Shown piece after piece: positions 20,480 to 29,057 of a stretch of DNA of 64,000 nt (position 1 is its first letter; each line of letters opens with the position of its first letter). The stretch is from positions 1-64,000 of the IMG/VR virus record IMGVR_UViG_3300013121_000044; one strand, written 5' to 3'. The DNA comes from a virus (Duplodnaviria > Caudoviricetes). The position numbers were made by a program, and so were the translations under genes. Below the pieces are notes generated by a model that saw only the letters and a list, made by a program, of their open reading frames with translations, made no database searches and had not been told where the DNA came from.

Positions 20480-21196
20480 TCAGGTCTCCGTGGGTCCCGA
20501 GCGTACCAGTTCCCCCACAGGGACCGGGGACTCGGCGGCGGTAACCGTGTGGTTCTGGGTGGTGAGCGCGAGCTCGAACCGCAGTGCAGCCGTGTCCCCG
20601 CCGTTCTTCGGTTGCATGCTGCGCACCGTCGTGGCGGCATCGAGAGTGGCGCGGGCGACCTTGAGGGCCTCTTGCGCGTGGCGGCTGGTGAGGGGGCGAC
20701 CACGATGCTCGCGCGCGCGGACGGCCAACGACGCCATGACTTTTTGCGCCGTCTTCACCGGGTCCGGGGGCGGAGGCTCGGCAACCCGGTACCGATCGAG
20801 GAGCACCTCAGGCCCCTCCTGGATCGCGAGCTCGTACGCGCGATACTCTTCCGTGGTGTCGCGCACCGAGGCCACATAGCGGCGTGCGGCGAAGGCGTGC
20901 TTGAATACGTCCGGGTCAAAAAAAAGGGCCCGATAGACCTCCAGTACGCGCGGAGCAAGCCCCAGGGCCTCGCATACCAGCGGCGCCTCTGCGCGTACGA
21001 GGAGGAGCGCGTCGATCACGTGGTGTTCGTCCCCGTTGTAGAGGTCGAGGGCTACGACGAGATCTGCGTCTGTTTCCACGTCTCCGGAGAGTACGGCGTA
21101 CAGCGCTGCTTCCAAGGGGTCCTCGGGCGGCGGTTCGCCGGACCGGAACGCCTCGGCGACACGTCGGGCGCGTGCGTCGGGCCGAAGGGTGCTCAT
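20480..21196 (-). CDS. Hypothetical protein
   Basis: Protein-like ORF filling the operon gap. Confidence 0.65.
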   Translation of the reverse strand: MSTLRPDARARRVAEAFRSGEPPPEDPLEAALYAVLSGDVETDADLVVALDLYNGDEHHVIDALLLVRAEAPLVCEALGLAPRVLEVYRALFFDPDVFKHAFAARRYVASVRDTTEEYRAYELAIQEGPEVLLDRYRVAEPPPPDPVKTAQKVMASLAVRAREHRGRPLTSRHAQEALKVARATLDAATTVRSMQPKNGGDTAALRFELALTTQNHTVTAAESPVPVGELVRSGPTET

Positions 21197-21207
21197 CCAG
21201 TCTGAGG

Positions 21208-23754
21208 TTATGCCGGGCGCAGCCCGTCGGGAGCGAGCTGATCCCCGTGTTCGCGGAGGAGGATCAGCGTGTCACCCAGAGATCGGAACACGTCCCTTAC
21301 CCGTTGCTCCAGGTCTCGGTGCGCTTCGTCACCGATCTTCTCTCGCACGTCCCGAGTCTGCGTGTAAAGCAGGAGCAGGGCGCGCCCGAGCTTGTCCACG
21401 GCGCCGTCGAGCGACGGTGCGTAGTTCTGAAAAATCTCGCGCAGGGCCTTCGGGCGCGCGAACGCGGCCACGGCGGCGGCGTCGAACACTTGAGGGTCCC
21501 CGAGGAGCGCCGCGTCGTTGAGGAAGGTGGGGTTGACTTGCTGCGCGAGCGTGTCCGGTGTCGGCGCCTGCGGCATGACAGGGTTCATCGGCGGCGCGGC
21601 CTGCGCAGGATCCATGGGAGGTTGAGGCGCACCCGGCATGGCCGCAGCGGAGGGCCCAGGGGCCGCGCCCGGAGGCATTCCCCCGGGGGCCGCACCCGGA
21701 GGCATTCCCCCGGGGGGCATTCCCCCGGGGGGCATTCCACCTGGAGGCGGAGCGCCTCCCACCGGAGCCATCGCGGGGCCTCCCATCATGCTCGGCGGCG
21801 GGGCGCCCATCATCGCCATCATCCCCTGCGGGGCGGTCATCGGGCCCCCCTGGTCGACGCCCATGGCGCGCGACTGGATCTCGTCGAGGAGCATGGTTTG
21901 CTGTTGAAGCGCGGCCATTTGCTGCTGGATGAGCTGACGCTTCTCCGCGAGCACGAGGTCGAGCCCCGGGGGAGGCGCAGGCGGAGCTCCGCCCATCATG
22001 GAGGGGTCACCCCCTGCGTTCGGATCCATGCCCGGGTCGCCGGGCGGAGGTCCCGGAGGGGGCCCGTCGGCGGTCTTCGCCCAGAGGCGAACCGGGGCGC
22101 GAGCCGCCACAGCCTGAAGCGTCGTCGCCGCATCTGCGACGGTCAGTCCGTATGTCGAAGCGACTTTCACGACCGCCTCAACACCCTTGGCGGGGATGCG
22201 TTCGGAGCCGATGAGGAACTCTCCTTCGGCCGCACGTTTGATTTGGAGCTTCACTGCTCCCGTCTTCGCCAGCCCTCGCTCGATGAGCGACCACACCTGA
22301 GCGGGGCTCGACAGGAAATCTCCCTCGACCCAGCGCCCATATTCGCAGGGCCACCACACGGTGTCTTCGCCGATGAAGATCGCATCCTGCTTCTGCGGCT
22401 TCATGGGGCCGCCCAGAACCCCTGGGAGCTTCGTGACCGTGTGGCAATGGCTGAGGTGGAAGGACGTACGTCCTCCCTCCGAGGAGACGTTCGAGGCATG
22501 CTCCGGTTCGGTTGCGCGGACGGTCAGGCGGGTCAGCGTGAGGAGCGTTCCCGTGCCGTTGCTCTCCGGCACGGGCTTGGCGCGCTTCTCCAGGAAGTCG
22601 AGCACCTCGTCGTAGGTCGCAGCGACGGGCTCCGCAGCAAGCTGCGTGACGCGCGCGTACTTTCCGTCCGGGAAGAGGACGAGGTAGGTCTTGTCCTCGG
22701 CTCGATCGCGGCCCATGTTGTTGTAGCGGTAGCGCCCGTGCCTCAGAGAGGATTCGTCCCCGTGGTCGCGGTGAATTGAACTGGGGTTGGGGATGACGAG
22801 CGCCACGCGGCTCTGCCCGTCGGTCATGTAAAGACGGTAGAGCCCCGCCTCATCCGGTTGCGTGAGGCGGAGGGATTCCTCCGTCAACGCGACGAGGTCC
22901 TTGTGGGAGGCGCGCCGATCCTTGATGAAGAACCCTCTCTCTCTCGCGGTCCCGTACGCGTTCGCGACTTCGCCCGGTTCCAGTTCTCGGTGGAGCTCCT
23001 GGAGGGGCGTCGACGCGGTCGCGAGGTACACGTCGTGTTTCATCGGCGTCTCGCGCCGATCCTCCGCCGCAACCTTCGGGCGCGGCGCAAGAGCGTCGCG
23101 GAGGGGCGATACGCCGTATTGTTCCGCGAGGATCTGCGCCACCTTCGGGCGACGGAGGAGCGTGCTTCGGACGGTCTCGCGCGTGCCCTCAGGCATGCGG
23201 CTGAACGCGTCGAGGAGCGTGCCCGTCTTCGTGGTGGGCAGTTCGCGCTTGAGGCGGGCGAAGGGCGCCCACGCGGGGTCCTCGGCGTAGGAGTAGCGCC
23301 CCACCGACGGGGGCACCACGAGGTTTCGGATGTCCACGTCGGTGGTGAGCGTCTTGGGCACGTCGACCGAGAGGCCGAGGCGGTTGGGCGCCGTCGAGGC
23401 GACTTCGCGCAGCCACTCGGGAGTCAGGGGGTAGTACCGGTCGCGCGTGCGGCAGTAGAAGAGGTCCAGAGGCTTCACCGCGTTGTCGACCAGGACGACG
23501 GGGATGAAGAGGATCTCGTCGCCTTGCTTGACGATGAACGTGCCCACGGCTTCGCCGTTCTGCACGTCTTTCTCCAGCACGCGGAACGTCACCACGCTCG
23601 CGAGAAGCGAAGGCTGGCTCTTGGTGATCGCCTTGTAGGCCAGATCAGAGAAGCCCTGGACGAAGAGGCTCTCTTCGTCGCCGGGGTCAGGCGCGTCGAG
23701 GAAGCCTTGCGTGCGGGGGGCCTGGGCGGTGGGGAAGGCGGAGGGATCGGGCAT
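21208..23754 (-). CDS. Large probable virion protein with PPGGM low-complexity region
   Basis: GAGGA RBS, globular N-terminus (FIPVVLVDNAVKPLDLFY), motifs PKVAA and AKTAD. Confidence 0.75.
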   Translation of the reverse strand: MPDPSAFPTAQAPRTQGFLDAPDPGDEESLFVQGFSDLAYKAITKSQPSLLASVVTFRVLEKDVQNGEAVGTFIVKQGDEILFIPVVLVDNAVKPLDLFYCRTRDRYYPLTPEWLREVASTAPNRLGLSVDVPKTLTTDVDIRNLVVPPSVGRYSYAEDPAWAPFARLKRELPTTKTGTLLDAFSRMPEGTRETVRSTLLRRPKVAQILAEQYGVSPLRDALAPRPKVAAEDRRETPMKHDVYLATASTPLQELHRELEPGEVANAYGTARERGFFIKDRRASHKDLVALTEESLRLTQPDEAGLYRLYMTDGQSRVALVIPNPSSIHRDHGDESSLRHGRYRYNNMGRDRAEDKTYLVLFPDGKYARVTQLAAEPVAATYDEVLDFLEKRAKPVPESNGTGTLLTLTRLTVRATEPEHASNVSSEGGRTSFHLSHCHTVTKLPGVLGGPMKPQKQDAIFIGEDTVWWPCEYGRWVEGDFLSSPAQVWSLIERGLAKTGAVKLQIKRAAEGEFLIGSERIPAKGVEAVVKVASTYGLTVADAATTLQAVAARAPVRLWAKTADGPPPGPPPGDPGMDPNAGGDPSMMGGAPPAPPPGLDLVLAEKRQLIQQQMAALQQQTMLLDEIQSRAMGVDQGGPMTAPQGMMAMMGAPPPSMMGGPAMAPVGGAPPPGGMPPGGMPPGGMPPGAAPGGMPPGAAPGPSAAAMPGAPQPPMDPAQAAPPMNPVMPQAPTPDTLAQQVNPTFLNDAALLGDPQVFDAAAVAAFARPKALREIFQNYAPSLDGAVDKLGRALLLLYTQTRDVREKIGDEAHRDLEQRVRDVFRSLGDTLILLREHGDQLAPDGLRPA
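21661..21745. repeat. 15/27-bp coding repeats encoding PPGGM/PPGAAPGGM
   Basis: Repeated GGCATTCCCCCGGGG units. Confidence 0.8.
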
Positions 23755-23788
23755 TGTCCTCGCGTGAAAGTATACGCGAGGTGTGAGG

Positions 23789-25678
23789 TCAGCCGCGCAG
23801 GGACTGGACGTAGGCGGCGCGCTGGCTGGGCGCGAGGCTCGCGATCTTCTGGATCTCCTCGCGCTTGCGCTCGATCGGCATCGTGGCGGGGAGCTGCGAG
23901 CCCCACGTCGCGGCGGCCTGCTTCAGGTTCGCGTGGTAGGCGTCCTCGGCCACCTTCTTCTCGGCACCGACCTCACCCGGTTCGGTGGAGAGCTCGGTCT
24001 TCCCCGGGGGCGTCTTGTACTTCCCCTCGGGGCGGTTCTTCTGGTCGACCTCGGCGAGCTGGTCGTCCTTCTTCGCGTTCGCGAGCGTGTTCGCGTCGGT
24101 CTCGGTGAGCGACCCCTCGCCCGCAGCCTTGAGGATGTCGGCCCAGAAGGCGTCTTCGGCGGACTTCTCCGCGTTGTCGTCCTTCTTGTTCTTCACGTGG
24201 TCGTAGACCTTCTTGCCTGCGACGGCGAGGCCCGCCGCGCCCGCCGCTCCCGCGACGCCCTTGCCGAGCGTCGACGCGGCGTCGCGGATGTGGCCCGAGC
24301 GGGTCCGCTCGGCCATGCCGTGACCGACGGTGTCCACCGCGTCGCGGAACGCTTGACCCTTGCGGCTGAGGAGCTTCGCCGCCGAGCCGATGTCGCTCAG
24401 GGCGCCCTCCTTCGCTTCGGGCGGGCCCGCCGGGGGCGCGCCTGTGGCTTCGGGCGGAGGCCCGCCCATGCCGCCCGCTTCGGGGCCCCCACCCTCACCG
24501 AGAGCCTGGGCGAGTGCGTGGACGAGCTCCGGGTCCGGAGGGATGCCCTGCTGGTCGAGGACGTGGAGCACTTCGGCGAGCTCGCCCTCGGCGTCCTCCG
24601 CCGTCTTCGCGCGCCCCAGGATCAGCGACATGGCTTCGAGGCCCGCCGCCCCGGCTGCGCCCAGGCCCGCCGCCGCCACCTTTGCCTCCTCACTGGGGAT
24701 CCAGCCGCCGGTCTTCCGGTGGAGACCCACGAGGAACGTCAGCGTGCGGTGCAGGGGGTTCGCTTCGCTCGCCTGGACCTCCATGCCCTGCATGTCCTCC
24801 GGCCCCGGGTTGCCTCGGCTGAGGAGGTGGTGAGCGCCCGCGCCGAGACCGGCCAGGGCGCCTGCGCCGCCGAGCGCCAGACCCTGGTTCTTGAGAGCCT
24901 GGGCGGCTCCCGCGTACTCCTGGCGAGCGAGGTCACGCCCGAGGGGGTTCGATGCGTGATCGGTCATCGCGGCGGCGCCGTGTCGCATGTCGCGGAAGTT
25001 CTGGATCGGGTTCGACAGCACGTCGCCCGCGAATTGCCGCATGCGGCTCACCCCGGGGACCTGTTCGGCCACGTCGTTGATGGCCGTCCCAGCGGCGGCC
25101 CCCCGCGTTTTGAGCGCCTGGAGGAGTGCGTCGAAGCGCCCCGCCGCCTTCACCGTCGTGCCCGTTGTGGGGGCGTGGGGGGCGGGGACCTCGCGACCGA
25201 TCACGCCGGGGGCGGGCAGATCGGTCTCGCCGCGCGGCGTGCGGTAAGTGCCTTCGGAGCGGTTGGCGTTGTCCACGGCCGCGAGCTGGTCGGAGGGGGC
25301 GGCGTTCGCGAGCGTGTTCTCGTTGTTGTCGGTGAGCGACCCGTCGGCCGCCGCCTTCTCCATGTAGAACGTCGCCGCGACCGCCGCGCGTCCCTGGAGG
25401 TCGTAGAGTCCGGCCTGCTTGGCGCGTGCGATCCGGGTGGCGCTTGGCCCCACGCCTTCGCTCGCGAGCTTGTCGCTGACCGCCTTCATGCGCTGCGCGA
25501 GGGGCAGGGCGGCTTCCTTCGCGAGTTGCGCCTCCAGGACGGGGGGGAGGCCCGCCTCCTGGGCGATCTTGTCGAAGACGCCGATGGCGATGTCGTCGTT
25601 CGGGAGCGGGCGCATGACGCCGCTGTCGACGAGACCGTCGTGCATTCCCTGGAGGTAGGTGCGGGTGAAGAGACGCAT
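23789..25678 (-). CDS. Probable internal head protein (629 aa) with a duplicated ~45-aa module and many KxA motifs
   Basis: ATG at 25678 after AAGGAG. Two copies of KAAxxGSLT...NTLANA..xDQLAxVD..NRxEGxY. Confidence 0.75.
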   Translation of the reverse strand: MRLFTRTYLQGMHDGLVDSGVMRPLPNDDIAIGVFDKIAQEAGLPPVLEAQLAKEAALPLAQRMKAVSDKLASEGVGPSATRIARAKQAGLYDLQGRAAVAATFYMEKAAADGSLTDNNENTLANAAPSDQLAAVDNANRSEGTYRTPRGETDLPAPGVIGREVPAPHAPTTGTTVKAAGRFDALLQALKTRGAAAGTAINDVAEQVPGVSRMRQFAGDVLSNPIQNFRDMRHGAAAMTDHASNPLGRDLARQEYAGAAQALKNQGLALGGAGALAGLGAGAHHLLSRGNPGPEDMQGMEVQASEANPLHRTLTFLVGLHRKTGGWIPSEEAKVAAAGLGAAGAAGLEAMSLILGRAKTAEDAEGELAEVLHVLDQQGIPPDPELVHALAQALGEGGGPEAGGMGGPPPEATGAPPAGPPEAKEGALSDIGSAAKLLSRKGQAFRDAVDTVGHGMAERTRSGHIRDAASTLGKGVAGAAGAAGLAVAGKKVYDHVKNKKDDNAEKSAEDAFWADILKAAGEGSLTETDANTLANAKKDDQLAEVDQKNRPEGKYKTPPGKTELSTEPGEVGAEKKVAEDAYHANLKQAAATWGSQLPATMPIERKREEIQKIASLAPSQRAAYVQSLRG

Positions 25679-25704
25679 TCGATAGGGCTCCTTGTGCGGG
25701 AAGT

Positions 25705-26406
25705 CTAGGCCCCCTCGACGAGCGACCCGGCGTCCGCGCCGGGGGCCCCGGAGAGCATGTTGTGCGCGCGGATGGCGCGTCGGATGTGCGGGCCGACCGT
25801 GGGGGGCATCTGGGCGAGTTCGCGAGGCGGGGTAGTCGGCGGGTCGAATCGGTGCCCGAGGCTGCGTGCGGCGTTCGTGATCCCGACGTGCGCCAGGGGA
25901 CCGAGCTTCCAACCCATGGTTCCCGTCACCGGGCCAATGAGAGCGCCCGTCGCGGCGGCGGCGAGATCCCCGCGCCGTTGTGAGGGGTCCCCGGTCATGG
26001 CTTGGTAGATGTCGAGTCCCGTCAGCCCGAGCCCAAGCGCGCGCATGGCGTTGCCCCCGGCGCGACCGAGCATCCCCGCGTCGGGCGCGTGCGGCGCCCA
26101 GTAGTAATCCTTGAGGAGCTTGCCGTACGCCTTGAGATGCGATCCTCGCGCCTGGGCGTCCTGACGAAAGGCGTGCCACGCGTCGACGGGGGAACCGACC
26201 GCGATTTCGCGCGCCAGATTGGCGCTCGTGTGCGCCACGTCTTTGGCGGTGTTCCAGGCTCCGGGACCGTACCCCGGAGACGGGTGGTTGCGGAAGAGCC
26301 ACGTCGCGGCGCGACCGAGGGCTCCGGCGTTGAGCGCCACTTTGGTGAGTCCGTATCGGCGGAGGGTGTCTTCTTCGGCGCGCCGTACGGCGTATTGTGG
26401 AGCCAT
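25705..26406 (-). CDS. Probable virion protein with hydrophobic segments
   Basis: Start overlaps the RNAP stop. N-terminal TLRRYGLTKVA followed by Gly/Ala-rich helices. Confidence 0.65.
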   Translation of the reverse strand: MAPQYAVRRAEEDTLRRYGLTKVALNAGALGRAATWLFRNHPSPGYGPGAWNTAKDVAHTSANLAREIAVGSPVDAWHAFRQDAQARGSHLKAYGKLLKDYYWAPHAPDAGMLGRAGGNAMRALGLGLTGLDIYQAMTGDPSQRRGDLAAAATGALIGPVTGTMGWKLGPLAHVGITNAARSLGHRFDPPTTPPRELAQMPPTVGPHIRRAIRAHNMLSGAPGADAGSLVEGA

Positions 26407-28205
26407 CAGTACGTCCCTCCGGGGCCGTGGCGCATCTCCGCGCCATAGGCGTAGGCCGGGACGGGGTGCGTTCCGTGCAGGTCCGACTCATCGCCGATGT
26501 GCGCCGCGTCTTGAATCGACCCTTTCAGGTACCTGTGGGCGAGGCGCGCCATCCAGTCCCGATCGAGGAGCGGGTTCATCGTGAACGGGCGCATCACGAA
26601 CTCGACCGACGGCATTCGACGCGCCACGGGCACCTCATGCACGCCGGCCTCGCGGAGTTCTCGTGCGAGGGCAGGGGTGACCGGCGTACCGACGGTGTGG
26701 TGGAGGACTTCGCCTCCGAGGCGGCGGCCGACCGCTTCGTCGGTGCGCAGGCGTACGGCGTCTCGCCCGTACGCGTCACGGAGCGCGTTGTAGTTGACCA
26801 CGTCTCCCTTCAGGAGCTCGGGGTGTTCGGGATCGGCCTCCGTGAGGCGCACGTGGTTGATCTCGCTCTTGGCGAGGAGCTCCAGGTGCCTACGGTCGAG
26901 GTTCACCCCCTCGTTCTGATAGACCCGGTGGAGGGCGTCGACGAAGTAAGCCCGGCCCGCTCCGATGCCCTTGTGCTCCACGACGCGTGCGGGGTGTGGC
27001 ACCCCGTCCGTGAGGGCGTCCCCCGCCTCGACGTGTTGCCCCGGTTTGACCGTCACATCGAGCTCCGGATCGGCGTAGATCTTCTGGGAGCCCACCCACA
27101 CGAAATGTCCCCCCTGGGGGGCCTTCTCGATCTTGGTCACGACACCGGCCTGTGTGGCGAGCGCGGCTTCGTGGCGGAACGCCTTGGGAATTTCCAGGAG
27201 CTGGCGCACCCCCTTCAAGCCCGTGGGGGTCTTCGTGGTGGCCTTCACGGTGAGCGTACCGTGGCGCGAGGAGAGAGCCATCTGCGTGAGGGGCTCCGCC
27301 ATCGCCTGGGCCGCGCGCACCCCCACCGGGGCTCCGATCCCATGTGGCTGGCCCCGTTCATTCAAGCCCTGACACATCTGACAGACGCCGCGCGGCGCGG
27401 CGCACGTCATGGGCGATCGGACCAGAATGGTGGTCTTGCCGCGCGCGCGGAGGTCCGCGAGGATGCGGGGGGTGAGGAGCGTGTTTCGGGCGAGGCCCCC
27501 GTCCGCTTGGGTGTAGCGGTCGAGCGCGTGGGAGTCGTCGGGCCGCATGCGGACCCCCGCCGTGGTTCCGCAGTCGCTCGTCGTCACGACGTTCGAGATC
27601 ATGTTCGCGACGAGCACTTTCGCCATCTCGCCCGGTTCGGACACCGAGATACGGGCCGCGACCTCGTTGGCTCTCACCTCAGGCCCCGCGAGCCAGTACT
27701 GGGCGGGCGTGAGACCTTCGGAATAGGAGCGGTCGAGGACCCGGTGCACGAGGCCCTCCTTGGGGTGCACGGTCGCCAAGGGCGTCGCGACGATCTTCAT
27801 CAACTGGCCGGGGTTTCCGCGAGCCCCCGAGAGGGCCATGTGGGTCATCGAGCCGGGGTGCTTTTTCGTATGGTCGAGCACCTTGGCTTGCGCGTCCACG
27901 ATGATGCGTTCGCGCTCCTGCGGGGTATGCGCCTTCTCCAGCGCAGCCACGGCCGGCTTCACGATCGCGTCGCGTGTCTTGTAGTCGGGGCGGATGTCGT
28001 CGAGACCGACGGAGATCCCTTCGAGCGTGGCGATCTCATCGCCACGTCGCTTCAAGGCCATGACCGTCCGGACGTACGCCTGTGGATCCGTTCGCGCGAG
28101 GTCGACGACGTGGTCGTGCAAGACCTTGTTCGTCACAGGCCCCGTGACCTTGTAGCCATCGGGGAGGACGGAGTTGATCAGGAGGTGACCGAGCGTCGTA
28201 CTCAT
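26406..28205 (-). CDS. rpoC: Phage multisubunit RNA polymerase, beta' C-terminal part
   Basis: SGARGN, SYSEGLT, DCGT, VRSPMTC....GVCQMCQG, VGVRAAQAMAEPLTQMALSSRH (trigger loop), RRHLELL. Confidence 0.9.
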   Translation of the reverse strand: MSTTLGHLLINSVLPDGYKVTGPVTNKVLHDHVVDLARTDPQAYVRTVMALKRRGDEIATLEGISVGLDDIRPDYKTRDAIVKPAVAALEKAHTPQERERIIVDAQAKVLDHTKKHPGSMTHMALSGARGNPGQLMKIVATPLATVHPKEGLVHRVLDRSYSEGLTPAQYWLAGPEVRANEVAARISVSEPGEMAKVLVANMISNVVTTSDCGTTAGVRMRPDDSHALDRYTQADGGLARNTLLTPRILADLRARGKTTILVRSPMTCAAPRGVCQMCQGLNERGQPHGIGAPVGVRAAQAMAEPLTQMALSSRHGTLTVKATTKTPTGLKGVRQLLEIPKAFRHEAALATQAGVVTKIEKAPQGGHFVWVGSQKIYADPELDVTVKPGQHVEAGDALTDGVPHPARVVEHKGIGAGRAYFVDALHRVYQNEGVNLDRRHLELLAKSEINHVRLTEADPEHPELLKGDVVNYNALRDAYGRDAVRLRTDEAVGRRLGGEVLHHTVGTPVTPALARELREAGVHEVPVARRMPSVEFVMRPFTMNPLLDRDWMARLAHRYLKGSIQDAAHIGDESDLHGTHPVPAYAYGAEMRHGPGGTY

Positions 28206-28212
28206 CGGGGCC

Positions 28213-28554
28213 TCACACAGGTCCCGACATGGGGGAGGGGCCGATCCCGTACGCGTCGCCCAGATCTGCGCCCCCGGTGCCCGAGTCGGACCAGCGTACG
28301 CCACCGTCCTGAGAGGTGAGGAGCGGCTTCCGCTCTCGCGGCTGTCGTCCGTAACCGAAATTCGACCGACGGAAGAGCTTGGCGAGCATGTCGGCGCCGT
28401 TCCCCTCGTCGAGGAGCGCGTACTTCTTCAAGACCGCCTTGGCGGCCAAGTCGAAAGCGTGCCCCACGCCCGAGAACCGACCCGCCGCCCCGCGCGCGGG
28501 AGCGTTCGGAGCTTTCATGGGCGTCGCGGGGATGATCACCTCGGAGCGACTCAT
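28213..28554 (-). CDS. Hypothetical protein
   Basis: ATG overlaps the upstream stop; fills the gap. Confidence 0.55.
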   Translation of the reverse strand: MSRSEVIIPATPMKAPNAPARGAAGRFSGVGHAFDLAAKAVLKKYALLDEGNGADMLAKLFRRSNFGYGRQPRERKPLLTSQDGGVRWSDSGTGGADLGDAYGIGPSPMSGPV

Positions 28555-29057
28555 CGGATGCCCCCAAGCCAGCGTTGGAGATCCTCGATATGCGTCAGCT
28601 CCACCCTCGCCCCCTCCTGCGCGAACCCCGACAGAGCAAGGCGCTCCGGCTGAGCCTCCGCAGCGGACGCCAGAGCCTCCCACGCGACCAGGGCTTGTTT
28701 CTCCAGCGCGAGCAGGGCTTCGAGCATGGGCCGGGGGTCCGCGAGAGGGGGCGAAGGTACGGAGACGCCAGCGGGAAAATGGGCCTCGCCGCGCGCGGCC
28801 AGGGTCCGGTGCAGCGCGTAGATCCAGTCACGCTCCTCCTCGATGTGGTCGCGGAAATGCCGATGAAGCCCGTCTCGATCGACGACGCGCAACTGATCGC
28901 CGTACGCCATGTACGCCAGCAGTACGGCGTACTTCGCGTCGAGAACTCCGCGAACCGCCCCGACGTAAGGGTCCGCCATTGGGCCGTGGCCGTCCGGCGA
29001 GCCTGAGGCTTCCGAGGACAGGTACGGGTCGAGATCGGGCGGGAACCCTTCAGGCAT
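28551..29057 (-). CDS. Ferritin-like four-helix-bundle protein (degenerate ferroxidase motifs)
   Basis: HFRDHIEEERDW...LAARG and LLALEKQAL...VELTHIEDL follow the bacterioferritin helix pattern. Confidence 0.6.
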   Translation of the reverse strand: MPEGFPPDLDPYLSSEASGSPDGHGPMADPYVGAVRGVLDAKYAVLLAYMAYGDQLRVVDRDGLHRHFRDHIEEERDWIYALHRTLAARGEAHFPAGVSVPSPPLADPRPMLEALLALEKQALVAWEALASAAEAQPERLALSGFAQEGARVELTHIEDLQRWLGGIR

